The notes beneath the pieces were generated by a model that was not told the DNA's origin, did not search any database, and saw nothing but the letters and a program-made list of their open reading frames with translations. Positions 15,621 through 23,501 of a stretch of DNA of 32,000 nucleotides are shown in pieces. Both the position numbers and the translations under genes were made by a program. Source of the DNA: an uncultured Actinomycetes bacterium (lineage in GTDB: Bacteria > Actinomycetota > Actinomycetes > S36-B12 > CAIYMF01); assembly GCA_963843975.1 (NCBI GenBank), contig CAWJMG010000003.1, positions 2,700,001-2,732,000 on the forward strand, in the 5' to 3' direction. Every line of letters starts with the position of its first letter. The first letter of the stretch is position 1.

Positions 15621-16976
15621 TCAGCCGGAGGGCCGCGCCTGCGCAAGGCGCAGCAGGAAGTGCCCGCCGGGGCCGGTCAGGGCGCTCGCCTCTCCTCCGC
15701 TGCGCCGCGCGAAGGCTGCGACGATGGAGAGGCCAAGCCCGCTGCCACCCGAGTCCCGCGCGCGGGCGTCGTCGAGTCGGGTGAAGCGGTCGAAGACCCG
15801 TTCGGTGTCAGGCTGTGACAGGCCCGGTCCGTCGTCGTCCACCGCCACGACTACCCACCCTGCGTCGACCCCCACGGTGAGCGTGACCGTCGTCCTCGCG
15901 TGCCTGACCGCATTGCTGAGCAGGTTGCGGACGGCCCGGTGCAGCGCACGCTCGTCTGCGAGGGCAGTGCAGTCGGAGCCAAGAAGGGTGACACGCACCT
16001 CGGGCCGGATCCGAGCAGCCTGGCTGACCTCGTCGACGAGCGCGGCCGGGAGCAGCACCGGCGCCGGCACGAAGGGCTCCCCCGCGTCGGCGCGAGCCAG
16101 CACCAGCATGTCGTCCACGAGCGAGCTCAGGCGTGCGACATCGGCGAGCGCACCGGCCGTGATGGTCGGGTCCGCCCTGGCCATGGACGCGAGCTCGAGG
16201 TCGAGCTGCAGAGTGGCGAGAGGAGTCCGCAGCTCATGCCCCGCGTCGGCTACGAACCGACGCGTCGCGTTCTGTTGGTCGTGGAGGCGGTCGAGGAGCT
16301 CGTTGAGGGTGACAGCGAGACGCTCGATCTCGTCGCCGGTGCTCGGCACCGTGAGTCGTCCAGCCTCGAGGCTGCGTAGACGGTCGGCCTCGCTGGTCAG
16401 CTCGGACACGGCGGCCAGCGCCGTACCCACCCCTCTCGTGACGAACAGCACGACCAACGCGGTCACGGACAGAACGGCGGCGGCCAGCGCCCCCAGGACG
16501 GCGAGACGTGTGGCCTCACTGCTCTCGTCGTTGCGGGCCGCGCAGACGACATACGTCTGGCCATCGGTCGTGACCGGGGTCGCGCGGACCCGGAATGTTC
16601 CCGTGAGGCCGGGCTGGTCGAGGTCGATGCTCTGGGCGCGCGCACCCGCAGGCACAGCGCAGATCCGCGCACCGGGGTCAACGCCGGGTGTGGTGGCGAC
16701 CGGGGTCCCCTCCTGATCGACGACCTGCACCACGACGGGGTCGGCCGGGTCCAGGGCAGGGAGCTGGATCGGATCCCCGGACGACGGCGGGTTCTCCTCA
16801 ACCTGCGCGATGACATCGCTGACGCTCGCGTCGAGCGCAGAATCCAGGGAGCGGACTCCGGCCGCCTGCACCAGCACCAGTGCGAGAGCAGCAATCAGGG
16901 CAGACCCGAGCAGGACCGCCGCGCCGGCGGCGACAGAGGCGCGCGCCCGCAGCGACCGCGGTCGGAGCCGGCTCAC
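15621..16976 (-). CDS. Sensor histidine kinase (paralog 3)
   Basis: This is the C-terminal 451 codons of track ORF 15621..17807. The GTG start (complement of 16974-16976) overlaps the stop of the upstream ORF (GTGA). Same architecture as the other kinases: VVVQVVDQEGTPVATT sensor segment, H-box FVADAGHELRTPLATL, N-box VRNLLSNAVRHA, DDDGPGL, GGSGLGLSIV. Confidence 0.88.
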   Translation of the reverse strand: MSRLRPRSLRARASVAAGAAVLLGSALIAALALVLVQAAGVRSLDSALDASVSDVIAQVEENPPSSGDPIQLPALDPADPVVVQVVDQEGTPVATTPGVDPGARICAVPAGARAQSIDLDQPGLTGTFRVRATPVTTDGQTYVVCAARNDESSEATRLAVLGALAAAVLSVTALVVLFVTRGVGTALAAVSELTSEADRLRSLEAGRLTVPSTGDEIERLAVTLNELLDRLHDQQNATRRFVADAGHELRTPLATLQLDLELASMARADPTITAGALADVARLSSLVDDMLVLARADAGEPFVPAPVLLPAALVDEVSQAARIRPEVRVTLLGSDCTALADERALHRAVRNLLSNAVRHARTTVTLTVGVDAGWVVVAVDDDGPGLSQPDTERVFDRFTRLDDARARDSGGSGLGLSIVAAFARRSGGEASALTGPGGHFLLRLAQARPSG

Positions 16977-17596
16977 GTGGTGTCCGTGGCGAGCCGGTAG
17001 CCGACGTTGCGGACGGTCTCGATCAGACCGGCGCCGACCTTGCGCCGCAGCCCAGCGACGCACACCTCCACCAGGTTCGGTGCAGCGTACGGCTCCAGCC
17101 ACACGTCCTCGAGGAGGGCCTGCTTGGCTACGACCTGATCCGGTCGGGCGGCGAGGTAGGCGACGACGTCGTACTCGCGGGCGGTGAGGTCCAGCTCGAC
17201 CCCGTCGAGCCAGGCGCGGCGCCGCGTCGGCTCCAGCCTGACCGGTCCCGACTGCTGCACAGTTGCGGCGCGGTCGATGTGGGTCAGCCTGTTGATCCGG
17301 CAGCGGACCAGCACCGCGTGGACGGTCGAGGCCGGCCTGCCCAGCTCCCCGGCGATCTGGACCGGGCCCAGCCGCTTCTTCCACCGCAGGTGCACGATCC
17401 GACGCTTGACCGGCTCCGGGGTCCGGTTCGGGGAGCGGTGGGGACGGCTGGAACGGTCGATCATCGCCGCGGCCGTCGGGGCCTGACCGGAGCCCGCGAG
17501 CAGGTCCCGATAGCGGTCCGACCACCGCTTGGCGGTCGGCCTGGACACCCGGAAGCAGTCCGCCGCCGCGGCGACCGGCAAGTCCTCCTCCACCAC
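16973..17596 (-). pseudogene. Chimeric ORF: IS481-type transposase N-terminal HTH fused in frame to the OmpR-type winged-helix domain of a truncated response regulator
   Basis: Residues 1 to about 112 (EEDLPVAAAADCFRVSRPTAKRWSDRYR...MIDRSSRPHRSPNRTPEPVKRRIVHLRWKKRLGPVQIAGELGRPASTVHAVLVRCRINRLTHIDRA) match the N-terminal HTH region of IS481-family transposases. Residues about 118-207 (VRLEPTRRRAWLDGVELDLTAREYDVVAYLAARP...NLVEVCVAGLRRKV...TVRNVGYRL) are a Trans_reg_C effector domain. There is no receiver domain and no DDE domain. Junction near 17245-17265. Confidence 0.75.
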
Positions 17597-17786
17597 CAGC
17601 CGACTCGTCAGAAGGTCGTGCTGGCGGGTTCCTTTCCGATTCGACTCTGACCTGCTCCTGGTCTTCTGGCAAACGGCAGCGACGCCATCGCAGACACCGA
17701 GAACCCCTCTCGCCTCCTCCTACTTTGCCGTCCGGGGCGGGTCGACCGAGGGGGCGCCTCTGCTCGTGGCCCGACTCGTTCGCAAA
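17250..17786 (-). mobile_element. IS481-family remnant (left end and 5' part of transposase gene only)
   Basis: See the chimeric ORF. The same frame stays open upstream of 17596 (..NRKGTRQHDLLTSRLVVEEDLPV..) and resembles a decayed IS481 N-terminus without an ATG. The catalytic region is absent. Boundaries are approximate. Confidence 0.55.
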
Positions 17787-17892
17787 TCGACGCAATGACC
17801 TCTCCATGTAGCGACGGTGGTTTCAGCGAGACTGCTGCAACCGGTTGAGCGAGTGGCACAATCCCGGGTAGGGCAAGCAGACAGGGGGCGTC

Positions 17893-18207
17893 ATGGCGCA
17901 GCAGACGGTGGCCACCGCGGGCGCGACCGCGTTGGGCGGTCGGGCGTTGATGGTCGTCGGGGTGGTCGCGGCGTTGCTGGGCGTGTTCGCCTGGGGATGG
18001 GACGTGGACCCGGGCGCCGGCAAGGCGTGGCTGGTCGTGGGTGCGGTGTCCGTGATCGTCGGCTGGTGGGCCGCCCGGTCGGTCGTCAGTTCCGCCGTGT
18101 CGCGCGTGCTCCTCGTGGTCGCGGTGGTGCTCGCGGTCGTCGTGGTCATCGACGCGGTGCAACTCGTGCAGCTGTCCAACCTGCAGCGTGGCGGTTCCCT
18201 CGCCTGA
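17893..18207 (+). CDS. Small membrane protein (3 predicted TM), passenger ORF inside the IS1595 element
   Basis: ATG 17893 follows AGGGGG. GC3 is very high in this frame. Hydrophobic spans: ALMVVGVVAALLGVFAW, AWLVVGAVSVIVGWWAA, VLLVVAVVLAVVVVIDAV. Convergent with the transposase gene. No recognisable family. Confidence 0.55.
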   Translation: MAQQTVATAGATALGGRALMVVGVVAALLGVFAWGWDVDPGAGKAWLVVGAVSVIVGWWAARSVVSSAVSRVLLVVAVVLAVVVVIDAVQLVQLSNLQRGGSLA

Positions 18208-18216
18208 CCACCTTGG

Positions 18217-19288
18217 TCAGCGCACCACGCGACGCCAGGGGCGGCCGGCGTCGGGCTGGGCGAGGCTGCGTGGGTTGCTGCGCTCGGTCGGCGGCTCCGG
18301 ATGGACCTTCCGCTTCTGGCCCCCGATGGCGACGTCGGCGTAGGTGATGGGGTCGGTGCGCACGGCCTGCTCGAGGAGCCGGTAGAACAGAAGGCCTGGC
18401 TTGCGAGCGTGCCTGCGGTTGAACCGGAACTCGAACTCCCAGAGGTACTCGGTCATGTGCTCGCGGCTGACCGAGCCCTGGTGGGTGCCGTGCAGCCACC
18501 GCTTGAGCTGCGCCTGGACGCGGGAGACGGCCGGATACAAGTCGTGGGCCTTGCTGCCTGAGCGCTTGGTGTTGATGGCCACGTGCTCGAAGCCCGCGAG
18601 CGCCTTGGTGAGCGCGCCGTAGGCATCGGTGAGCACCCTGGTCCCGGGCTCGATGTTGTCCAGGAGCACGGCGTTGATGCTCTCCGCCTTGTAGTTCGGC
18701 ATCACCACCAGCCGCGCTCGACCGATGCCCTTGCCAGCGCCGCCGGCTCCGGACCGACCGAGGTTCTCCGCCATCGCCAAGACGATGATGCGGTTGGAGT
18801 GCAGGGACCTGCCCGGGTATCCAGGGAGGTTGCGGCCGCCCACCGTGGTCTCGTCGACCTCGACAACGCCCGAGAAGCTTCTTGCGGTCGGGCATCACCA
18901 TCGCGCGGCGATAGCGGTGGGCCATCATCCACGCCGTCTGGTAGCTGCCCAGGCCGAGCGTGCGCTGCAGCGTCCGCGCCGACACGCCGTTGGCCCTGGC
19001 TGTCATCTCCCACGCGACCCGGAACCACACCGTCAGCGGGGTCCTCGTGCGCTGGAACAGGGTCCCCGCAGTGACCGAACTCCGCGAGCCACATGCACCG
19101 CAGTCGTAGGCACGCCCGTCAGCGCGACGCCAGCCGTGCGCGATAGAGCCGCACGACGGGCAGACGAACTCCAGGTCGCCCCAGCGCAGCCACGCAAGGT
19201 AGTCCAGGCACGCCTCGTCGTCGGGGAACCACGCCGCGAACTCCACGAGGTCGCGCGGGTACTCCTCACCGCCTACGGGATGTGCCAC
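18217..19288 (-). pseudogene. IS1595-family (ISXO2-like DDE) transposase, interrupted by a frameshift
   Basis: The N-terminal frame (track ORF 18146..19288) has the zinc ribbon (FVCPSCGS...YDCGACGS) and reads through to ...HRYRRAMVMPDRKKL. The DDE domain continues in another frame (track ORF 18217..18843), from ..SGVVEVDETTVGGRNLPGYPGRSLHSNRIIVLAMAE on to ...MTEYLWEFEFRFNRR. The shift maps to about 18869-18880, where one extra base in aagcttCtcggg fits. Confidence 0.8.
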
Positions 19289-19572
19289 CTGATCACGGTA
19301 GACACCAACGAATGACCGTCGCTACATGGAGAGGTCATTCGACGCATTGCGAGTTGTTTCGAAGGGGTCATCAACAACGTTGGCCAGTAACGGCTGGTGC
19401 CGTTCCCGCAGGTCACAGGCTGCAGCCATCCGCTTGGTACCGGCCAGGAGTGGGGTCTCACCTGCTCTGTGAGCAATCCGTGAGCAACCGCGTTCGCTAC
19501 GTCGGGATGGTGCGCGCCACTCAGCCAGTCCACAGCCAACGTTGCGTACGGTTCGAGCATGGTCAGTGACGG

Positions 19573-20958
19573 GTGCGCCGCGGTCGGCACCGTGCTGCCG
19601 TGGTAGGCCCCCGTCCCGGGGCGAGGCTTCGCTCCACCTTTGCCGCGACGCTCGTCGTCGCGGTGGCGCTGACGATCGGCGCTGTCGGCATGGTGTTGAT
19701 CCTGCGTGCGTCGTTGACCCAGACGGTCCGGGACTCGGCGCAGCAGCGAGCCAACGACGTAGGGACTTCGGTGGCAGCGGGGGGTGCCGCCCGCGACGCG
19801 ATCGTGGTCGGCAACGTCAGTGAGCGTTCCGTCGTACAAGTGCTCGATCCTCAGGGGACTGTGCTGGTTTCCAGCCCCGAGATCGACGGCGAGCCCGCAC
19901 TGACCTCGGCGCGCCCGGCACCAGGGAGTGTCCAGGTCTCCACCCAGAGGGTCCCGGTGGCTGACCAGGAGTCGTTCGTCGTGGTGTCCCGCGGTGTTCA
20001 CACGCCAACCGGCGATGCGATCGTGGTCGTTGCGCAATCGCTAGACGCGGTGGACGCCAGCGTGACGACGGTCGAACGCCTTCTTGTCCTCGGATTCCCC
20101 GTCGTCCTCCTGGTCGTCGCCGGGTCGGTGTACTACGTCGTCGGCAGGACGCTTCGCCCGGTCGAGGAGATCCGGCGGCGGGTCGCTGCGATCAGCGCCA
20201 CGGACCTTGACATGCGGGTTCCGGTGCCGGCTGCCGACGATGAGGTGGGCCGGCTCGCCCTCACGATGAACAGGATGCTCGATCGGTTGCAGGACTCTCA
20301 GGCCACGCAGCGTCGGTTCGTCGCTGATGCCAGCCACGAGCTGCGCAGCCCGCTGGCGGCCATTCGGGCGACCGTCGAGGTGGGCCTGGAGCATCCCGGA
20401 TCGCAGCCTTGGGACGATGCTGCCCCAGCGGTTCTGGCGGAGACCGATCGGCTCAGCAGGCTGGTGGACGACCTGCTGCTCCTCGCGCGTTCCGACGAGA
20501 TCGAGAGCCCCCGAATTCATCGTGATGTCGATCTCGACGACATCATGATGATCGAGGCAGATCGCCTTGGACGGCTGGGGAAGATCGACGTCTCGGTCGA
20601 TGTCACGCCCGCGCGGGTGGCTGGCGATCGTCAGCAGCTCGAACGGCTGGTGCGCAACTTGTGCGACAACGCCGTGCGTTACGCGACCTCATCGGTCGCT
20701 CTCTCGGTCGGCATGGACGGTGCCTGGGCAGTCCTGGTCGTGCAGGACGACGGACCGGGTATCCCTGTCGCGGACCGAGATCGCGTCTTCGACCGGTTCG
20801 TACGCCTGGATCCGGCCCGGGACCGACTCTCCGGTGGCGCCGGGCTCGGCCTGGCGATTGTCTTCGAGGTGGCGCGCGCTCACGGCGGAACAGCGGCCGT
20901 GGAGGACTCGGCCTCCGGAGCACGCTTCGTTGTGCGCCTCCCCGCAATGAGGACGTGA
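19573..20958 (+). CDS. Sensor histidine kinase (paralog 2), convergent with its presumed regulator
   Basis: GTG start. TM1 (ATLVVAVALTIGAVGMVLIL), sensor segment (VVQVLDPQGTVLVSSPEI...), TM2, HAMP. H-box FVADASHELRSPLAAI, N-box VRNLCDNAVRYA, DDGPGI, GGAGLGLAIV. Clear paralog of 13465..14868. Confidence 0.92.
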   Translation: MRRGRHRAAVVGPRPGARLRSTFAATLVVAVALTIGAVGMVLILRASLTQTVRDSAQQRANDVGTSVAAGGAARDAIVVGNVSERSVVQVLDPQGTVLVSSPEIDGEPALTSARPAPGSVQVSTQRVPVADQESFVVVSRGVHTPTGDAIVVVAQSLDAVDASVTTVERLLVLGFPVVLLVVAGSVYYVVGRTLRPVEEIRRRVAAISATDLDMRVPVPAADDEVGRLALTMNRMLDRLQDSQATQRRFVADASHELRSPLAAIRATVEVGLEHPGSQPWDDAAPAVLAETDRLSRLVDDLLLLARSDEIESPRIHRDVDLDDIMMIEADRLGRLGKIDVSVDVTPARVAGDRQQLERLVRNLCDNAVRYATSSVALSVGMDGAWAVLVVQDDGPGIPVADRDRVFDRFVRLDPARDRLSGGAGLGLAIVFEVARAHGGTAAVEDSASGARFVVRLPAMRT

Positions 20959-21017
20959 CTTCGTCCTAGCGGCGAAGCGAGCTTCCAACGGTTCGGGGAC
21001 CCGGCCCTCAGCTCCGG

Positions 21018-21713
21018 CTACCCACCGTTGTCGGCGAGGCGGTATCCCACCCCGCGTACGGTCTCGACGCCCTGCCGGTGGAACGGCGCGTCGATCTTGC
21101 GGCGCAGGTATCCGATGTAGACCTCGACGACGTTGGAGTCTCCCTCGTAGTTCTCGTCCCACACGGCTGCGAGGATCTCGCTCTTGGTGACGACATCGCC
21201 CTTGCGGCGAAGGAGGAAGTGCAGGAGCCCGAACTCTCGAGGAGTCAAAGCAATCTGCTTGTCTGCCCGAAGCACGTGGCGACGAGCCGGATCCAGAGTG
21301 AGATCCCCGGCTTGCAGGACGGCGGGGCGTTCTGGTGCTCCGCGACGTAGCAATGCGCGCAGTCGCGCCACCAGCACGACGAAGGAGAACGGTTTCGTCA
21401 GATAGTCATCGGCCCCCAGGTCGAACGCGTCCGCCTCGTCGTGCTCGCCGTCCTTGGCCGTGAGCATGAGGACAGGCGTCCAGATCTCCTCGTCACGCAG
21501 GCTCTGACAGACCCGGTATCCGTTCAGCTTGGGCAGCATGATGTCCAGGACGATCACGTCGTAGCTGCCCTCACGGGCCATCCAGAGTCCCTGCTCACCG
21601 TCCCGAGCCACATCGACCTGGAATCCCTCGGCGGCGAGACCACGCTGTACGGCGTCGACCAGCCTCGGCTCGTCGTCGACCAGCAGCACCTTCACCCCAT
21701 CACTGTCTCTCAT
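21018..21713 (-). CDS. OmpR/PhoB-family response regulator (paralog 2)
   Basis: VKVLLVDDE...LDIMLPKLNGY...LMLTAKDGEHDEADAFDLGADDYLTKPFSFVVLVARLRALLRR...LTPREFGLLHFLL...TVRGVGYRL. Near-identical motif strings to 12809..13519. ATG 21713 overlaps the 3' end of the upstream PAP2 gene by 14 nt; the alternative GTG is 21695. Confidence 0.92.
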   Translation of the reverse strand: MRDSDGVKVLLVDDEPRLVDAVQRGLAAEGFQVDVARDGEQGLWMAREGSYDVIVLDIMLPKLNGYRVCQSLRDEEIWTPVLMLTAKDGEHDEADAFDLGADDYLTKPFSFVVLVARLRALLRRGAPERPAVLQAGDLTLDPARRHVLRADKQIALTPREFGLLHFLLRRKGDVVTKSEILAAVWDENYEGDSNVVEVYIGYLRRKIDAPFHRQGVETVRGVGYRLADNGG

Positions 21714-22629
21714 CTGACCTGAGACGACCCTGAGTTCCGATCCGTGGTTGCTGCAGTTGTTCGTTGAGTCGGGGGCCTCGTGACGATCCTGGCCGCAGCA
21801 CTGGCTCTCGCGACGGTCCCAGGAGAATCAGGGCCCCCGTTACGGCCAACACCGAGGCCAGGCCGACAACGTAGAGCGGGCTGGCCGCCTCCCCGAGCTC
21901 GGGACCTGATCGTGTCTGAGGAGCAACTGCGCCAGCGATGACCGCCGCGCCCATCACCGCCCACCAGCCCCACCCTGAGGTCGATGCGGAGAACGGAGCA
22001 CCTACCCGCGACCGTCCCACCGTGACACCCTCTGCCTCGTCCGCCGCCCGCCGGCGTACCAGTGCCGAGTGCCAGGTCACGCCGAGCAGGACTCCGCCGA
22101 CTGCGTCACTGGGGCGATGCCACCCCGCTGCCACGGTGCCGGCGGCAACGAGGCTCACCCAGGCCACGAGAGGTCCCCAGCATCGACGAGCGAGCTTCGG
22201 GTTCAACGTTGATGCCACAGCGAGAGCGAACCCGGTGGCAATAGTCGCGTGCCCGCTGGGGAACGAACCGCCAGCAACGATCTGACCGACCGGCGAAGCG
22301 CCTGCTGCAGTGGGCAGGAAGTGTTTGAGCAGCTCGGCAGACACGACGGCACCGATGACAGCTGCCGCAATCCGCACGGCGGGTCCGCGGCCCTGCCGTC
22401 GATACGTGCGCCAGCTGACTACGAGCAGACCCACGGACAGAGTGACGATCGTGATCGTCGACAAGGCCAGGCGCTCCATCACGATCAGCCCGGATCCGCT
22501 GTCCAACCGGCTGACGAGCGCCGAACGATCCGCCGCAGCGACGCGTGGGACGAACGTGATCAGCGCATAGAGGACGATCAGAGCGACGGCCGAGATCGAC
22601 GCGGTGGCGCGTCGCGAAGGGGACCTCAT
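21700..22629 (-). CDS. PAP2-superfamily membrane protein with degenerate catalytic motifs and extra C-terminal TM region
   Basis: Start taken at MRSPSRR (complement of 22627-22629) inside track ORF 21700..22680. C2 motif FPSGHA is present. C3 has only the H-x3-D part (GWHRPSDAVGG). The C1 K-x6-RP motif is not recognisable (ELLKHFLPTAAG). About 100 extra residues follow with two hydrophobic spans. Same strand as regulator 21018..21713 and overlapping it. Confidence 0.75.
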   Translation of the reverse strand: MRSPSRRATASISAVALIVLYALITFVPRVAAADRSALVSRLDSGSGLIVMERLALSTITIVTLSVGLLVVSWRTYRRQGRGPAVRIAAAVIGAVVSAELLKHFLPTAAGASPVGQIVAGGSFPSGHATIATGFALAVASTLNPKLARRCWGPLVAWVSLVAAGTVAAGWHRPSDAVGGVLLGVTWHSALVRRRAADEAEGVTVGRSRVGAPFSASTSGWGWWAVMGAAVIAGAVAPQTRSGPELGEAASPLYVVGLASVLAVTGALILLGPSREPVLRPGSSRGPRLNEQLQQPRIGTQGRLRSDERQ

Positions 22630-22737
22630 GACCACAGCCTGCGCACTGCACCTGTGGCGACGCTGAGGATCAGCCGTCAAGCCGGCTCGCGTGCGCCGGG
22701 TCTCGGGAAGTCGCGCACCGTGACGATGGATAAGGGC

Positions 22738-22756
22738 CTCTCATGCGCTCTCATGC
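22738..22756 (+). promoter_or_regulatory. Tandem direct repeat CTCTCATGCgCTCTCATGC upstream of acidic-protein gene 2
   Basis: A 9-mer repeated at 22738 and 22748 (10-bp phase), 100 and 90 nt upstream of ATG 22838. A further CTCTCAG sits at 22785-22791. Lies in the PAP2/acidic-protein divergent intergenic region. Confidence 0.4.
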
Positions 22757-22837
22757 CCACCACAGCCCCCGGGGGGCAACGTGTCTCTCAGTCCTCGACA
22801 CCCCGCTCGCGGACCCACGCATCCATCAGGAGTAACC

Positions 22838-23209
22838 ATGAAGCTCACCAAGAAGGGTGTTGCCGGAACTGTCGGCGCCGCCGCCCTGCTCGCCAGCGTC
22901 GGTCTGGGCCTGGGCTCCGTCGCGCAGGCCGCCCCGGCCACCTCGACGATCCTGCCGGCCGTCGCGGCCGTCAGCGCAACCACGGCGGACGCTGAGACCG
23001 CCGACTCGGCGAAGGACACCGACTCCCTCCAGGAAGGCGACCAGACGACGCCGGACACCGGCACGGCTGCCGAGACCGAGTCGACCACGGAGTCCGCCGC
23101 CGGCAGCGAGACCGCGTCGGAGACCGGCCCGTCGGACGGGAACGACGGCGGCCACGCTGACGCCCCCGGCGCCGACGTGAACCACGAGGGCGGTGCGGAC
23201 GAGAAGTAG
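22838..23209 (+). CDS. Small secreted hyper-acidic low-complexity protein, copy 2 (unrecognised family)
   Basis: ATG 22838 lies 6 nt after CAGGAG, inside track ORF 22781..23209. Signal peptide MKLTKKGVAGTVGAAALLASVGLGLGSVAQA. Mature part has 20 D+E vs 2 K (hand count), with T/S/E/D repeats and the end GNDGGHADAPGADVNHEGGADEK. Confidence 0.7.
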   Translation: MKLTKKGVAGTVGAAALLASVGLGLGSVAQAAPATSTILPAVAAVSATTADAETADSAKDTDSLQEGDQTTPDTGTAAETESTTESAAGSETASETGPSDGNDGGHADAPGADVNHEGGADEK

Positions 23210-23217
23210 CCCGCCCC

Positions 23218-23251
23218 GGACGGGACGTCGCCACCAGGCGACGTCCCGTCC
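23218..23251 (+). terminator. 15-bp perfect stem-loop after acidic-protein gene 2
   Basis: GGACGGGACGTCGCC (23218-23232), loop ACCA, GGCGACGTCCCGTCC (23237-23251), 9 nt after the stop. Confidence 0.65.
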
Positions 23252-23501
23252 ACACGTTCACCCCCAACCGCTTTGCCAGTTCCTAACCAGCGAGTGGGTA
23301 CCGTCGAAGGCACGCAAGTCCATCGCCGGGGATACTCGGCCACGCGGTCATCGTGTTGGCACTGACTCGATCGAGGGGCAGCTGGCCGAATCGATCCCAG
23401 GAGAGCCGATGACCCCGATACCTCCCGCGGGTCAGGAACAACCCCCCGTCTTTCACGATGGGCCACTCGCCTCTCCTAGACCTGACCATGACGCACAGCC
23501 C

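Larger units (their letters stand above)
17795..19338 (-). mobile_element. IS1595-family insertion sequence (1,544 bp) with 8-bp target duplication
   Basis: Perfect 24-bp terminal inverted repeats: ATGACCTCTCCATGTAGCGACGGT at 17795-17818 and its reverse complement at 19315-19338. These are flanked directly by the identical octamer TCGACGCA (17787-17794 and 19339-19346). The element contains an IS1595-type transposase gene and one extra ORF. Confidence 0.85.

Noticed and set aside
16977-17807. N-terminal 277 codons of track ORF 15621..17807, which would make a 728-aa kinase
   Set aside because: This part is Arg/Pro/Gly-rich nonsense read out of frame across the RR-remnant/IS481 chimera, and it starts inside the IS1595 inverted repeat. 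The kinase homology begins at the GTG that overlaps the upstream stop (16976).
19352-19560. Minus-strand ORF starting at ATG 19560 (MLEPYATLAVDWLSGAHHPDV...), divergent from kinase 2 and running into the IS1595 end
   Set aside because: GC3 is only moderate and there is no recognisable domain or signal peptide. The reading frame continues into IS sequence only by chance. It is possibly a gene truncated by the IS, but this is unsupported.
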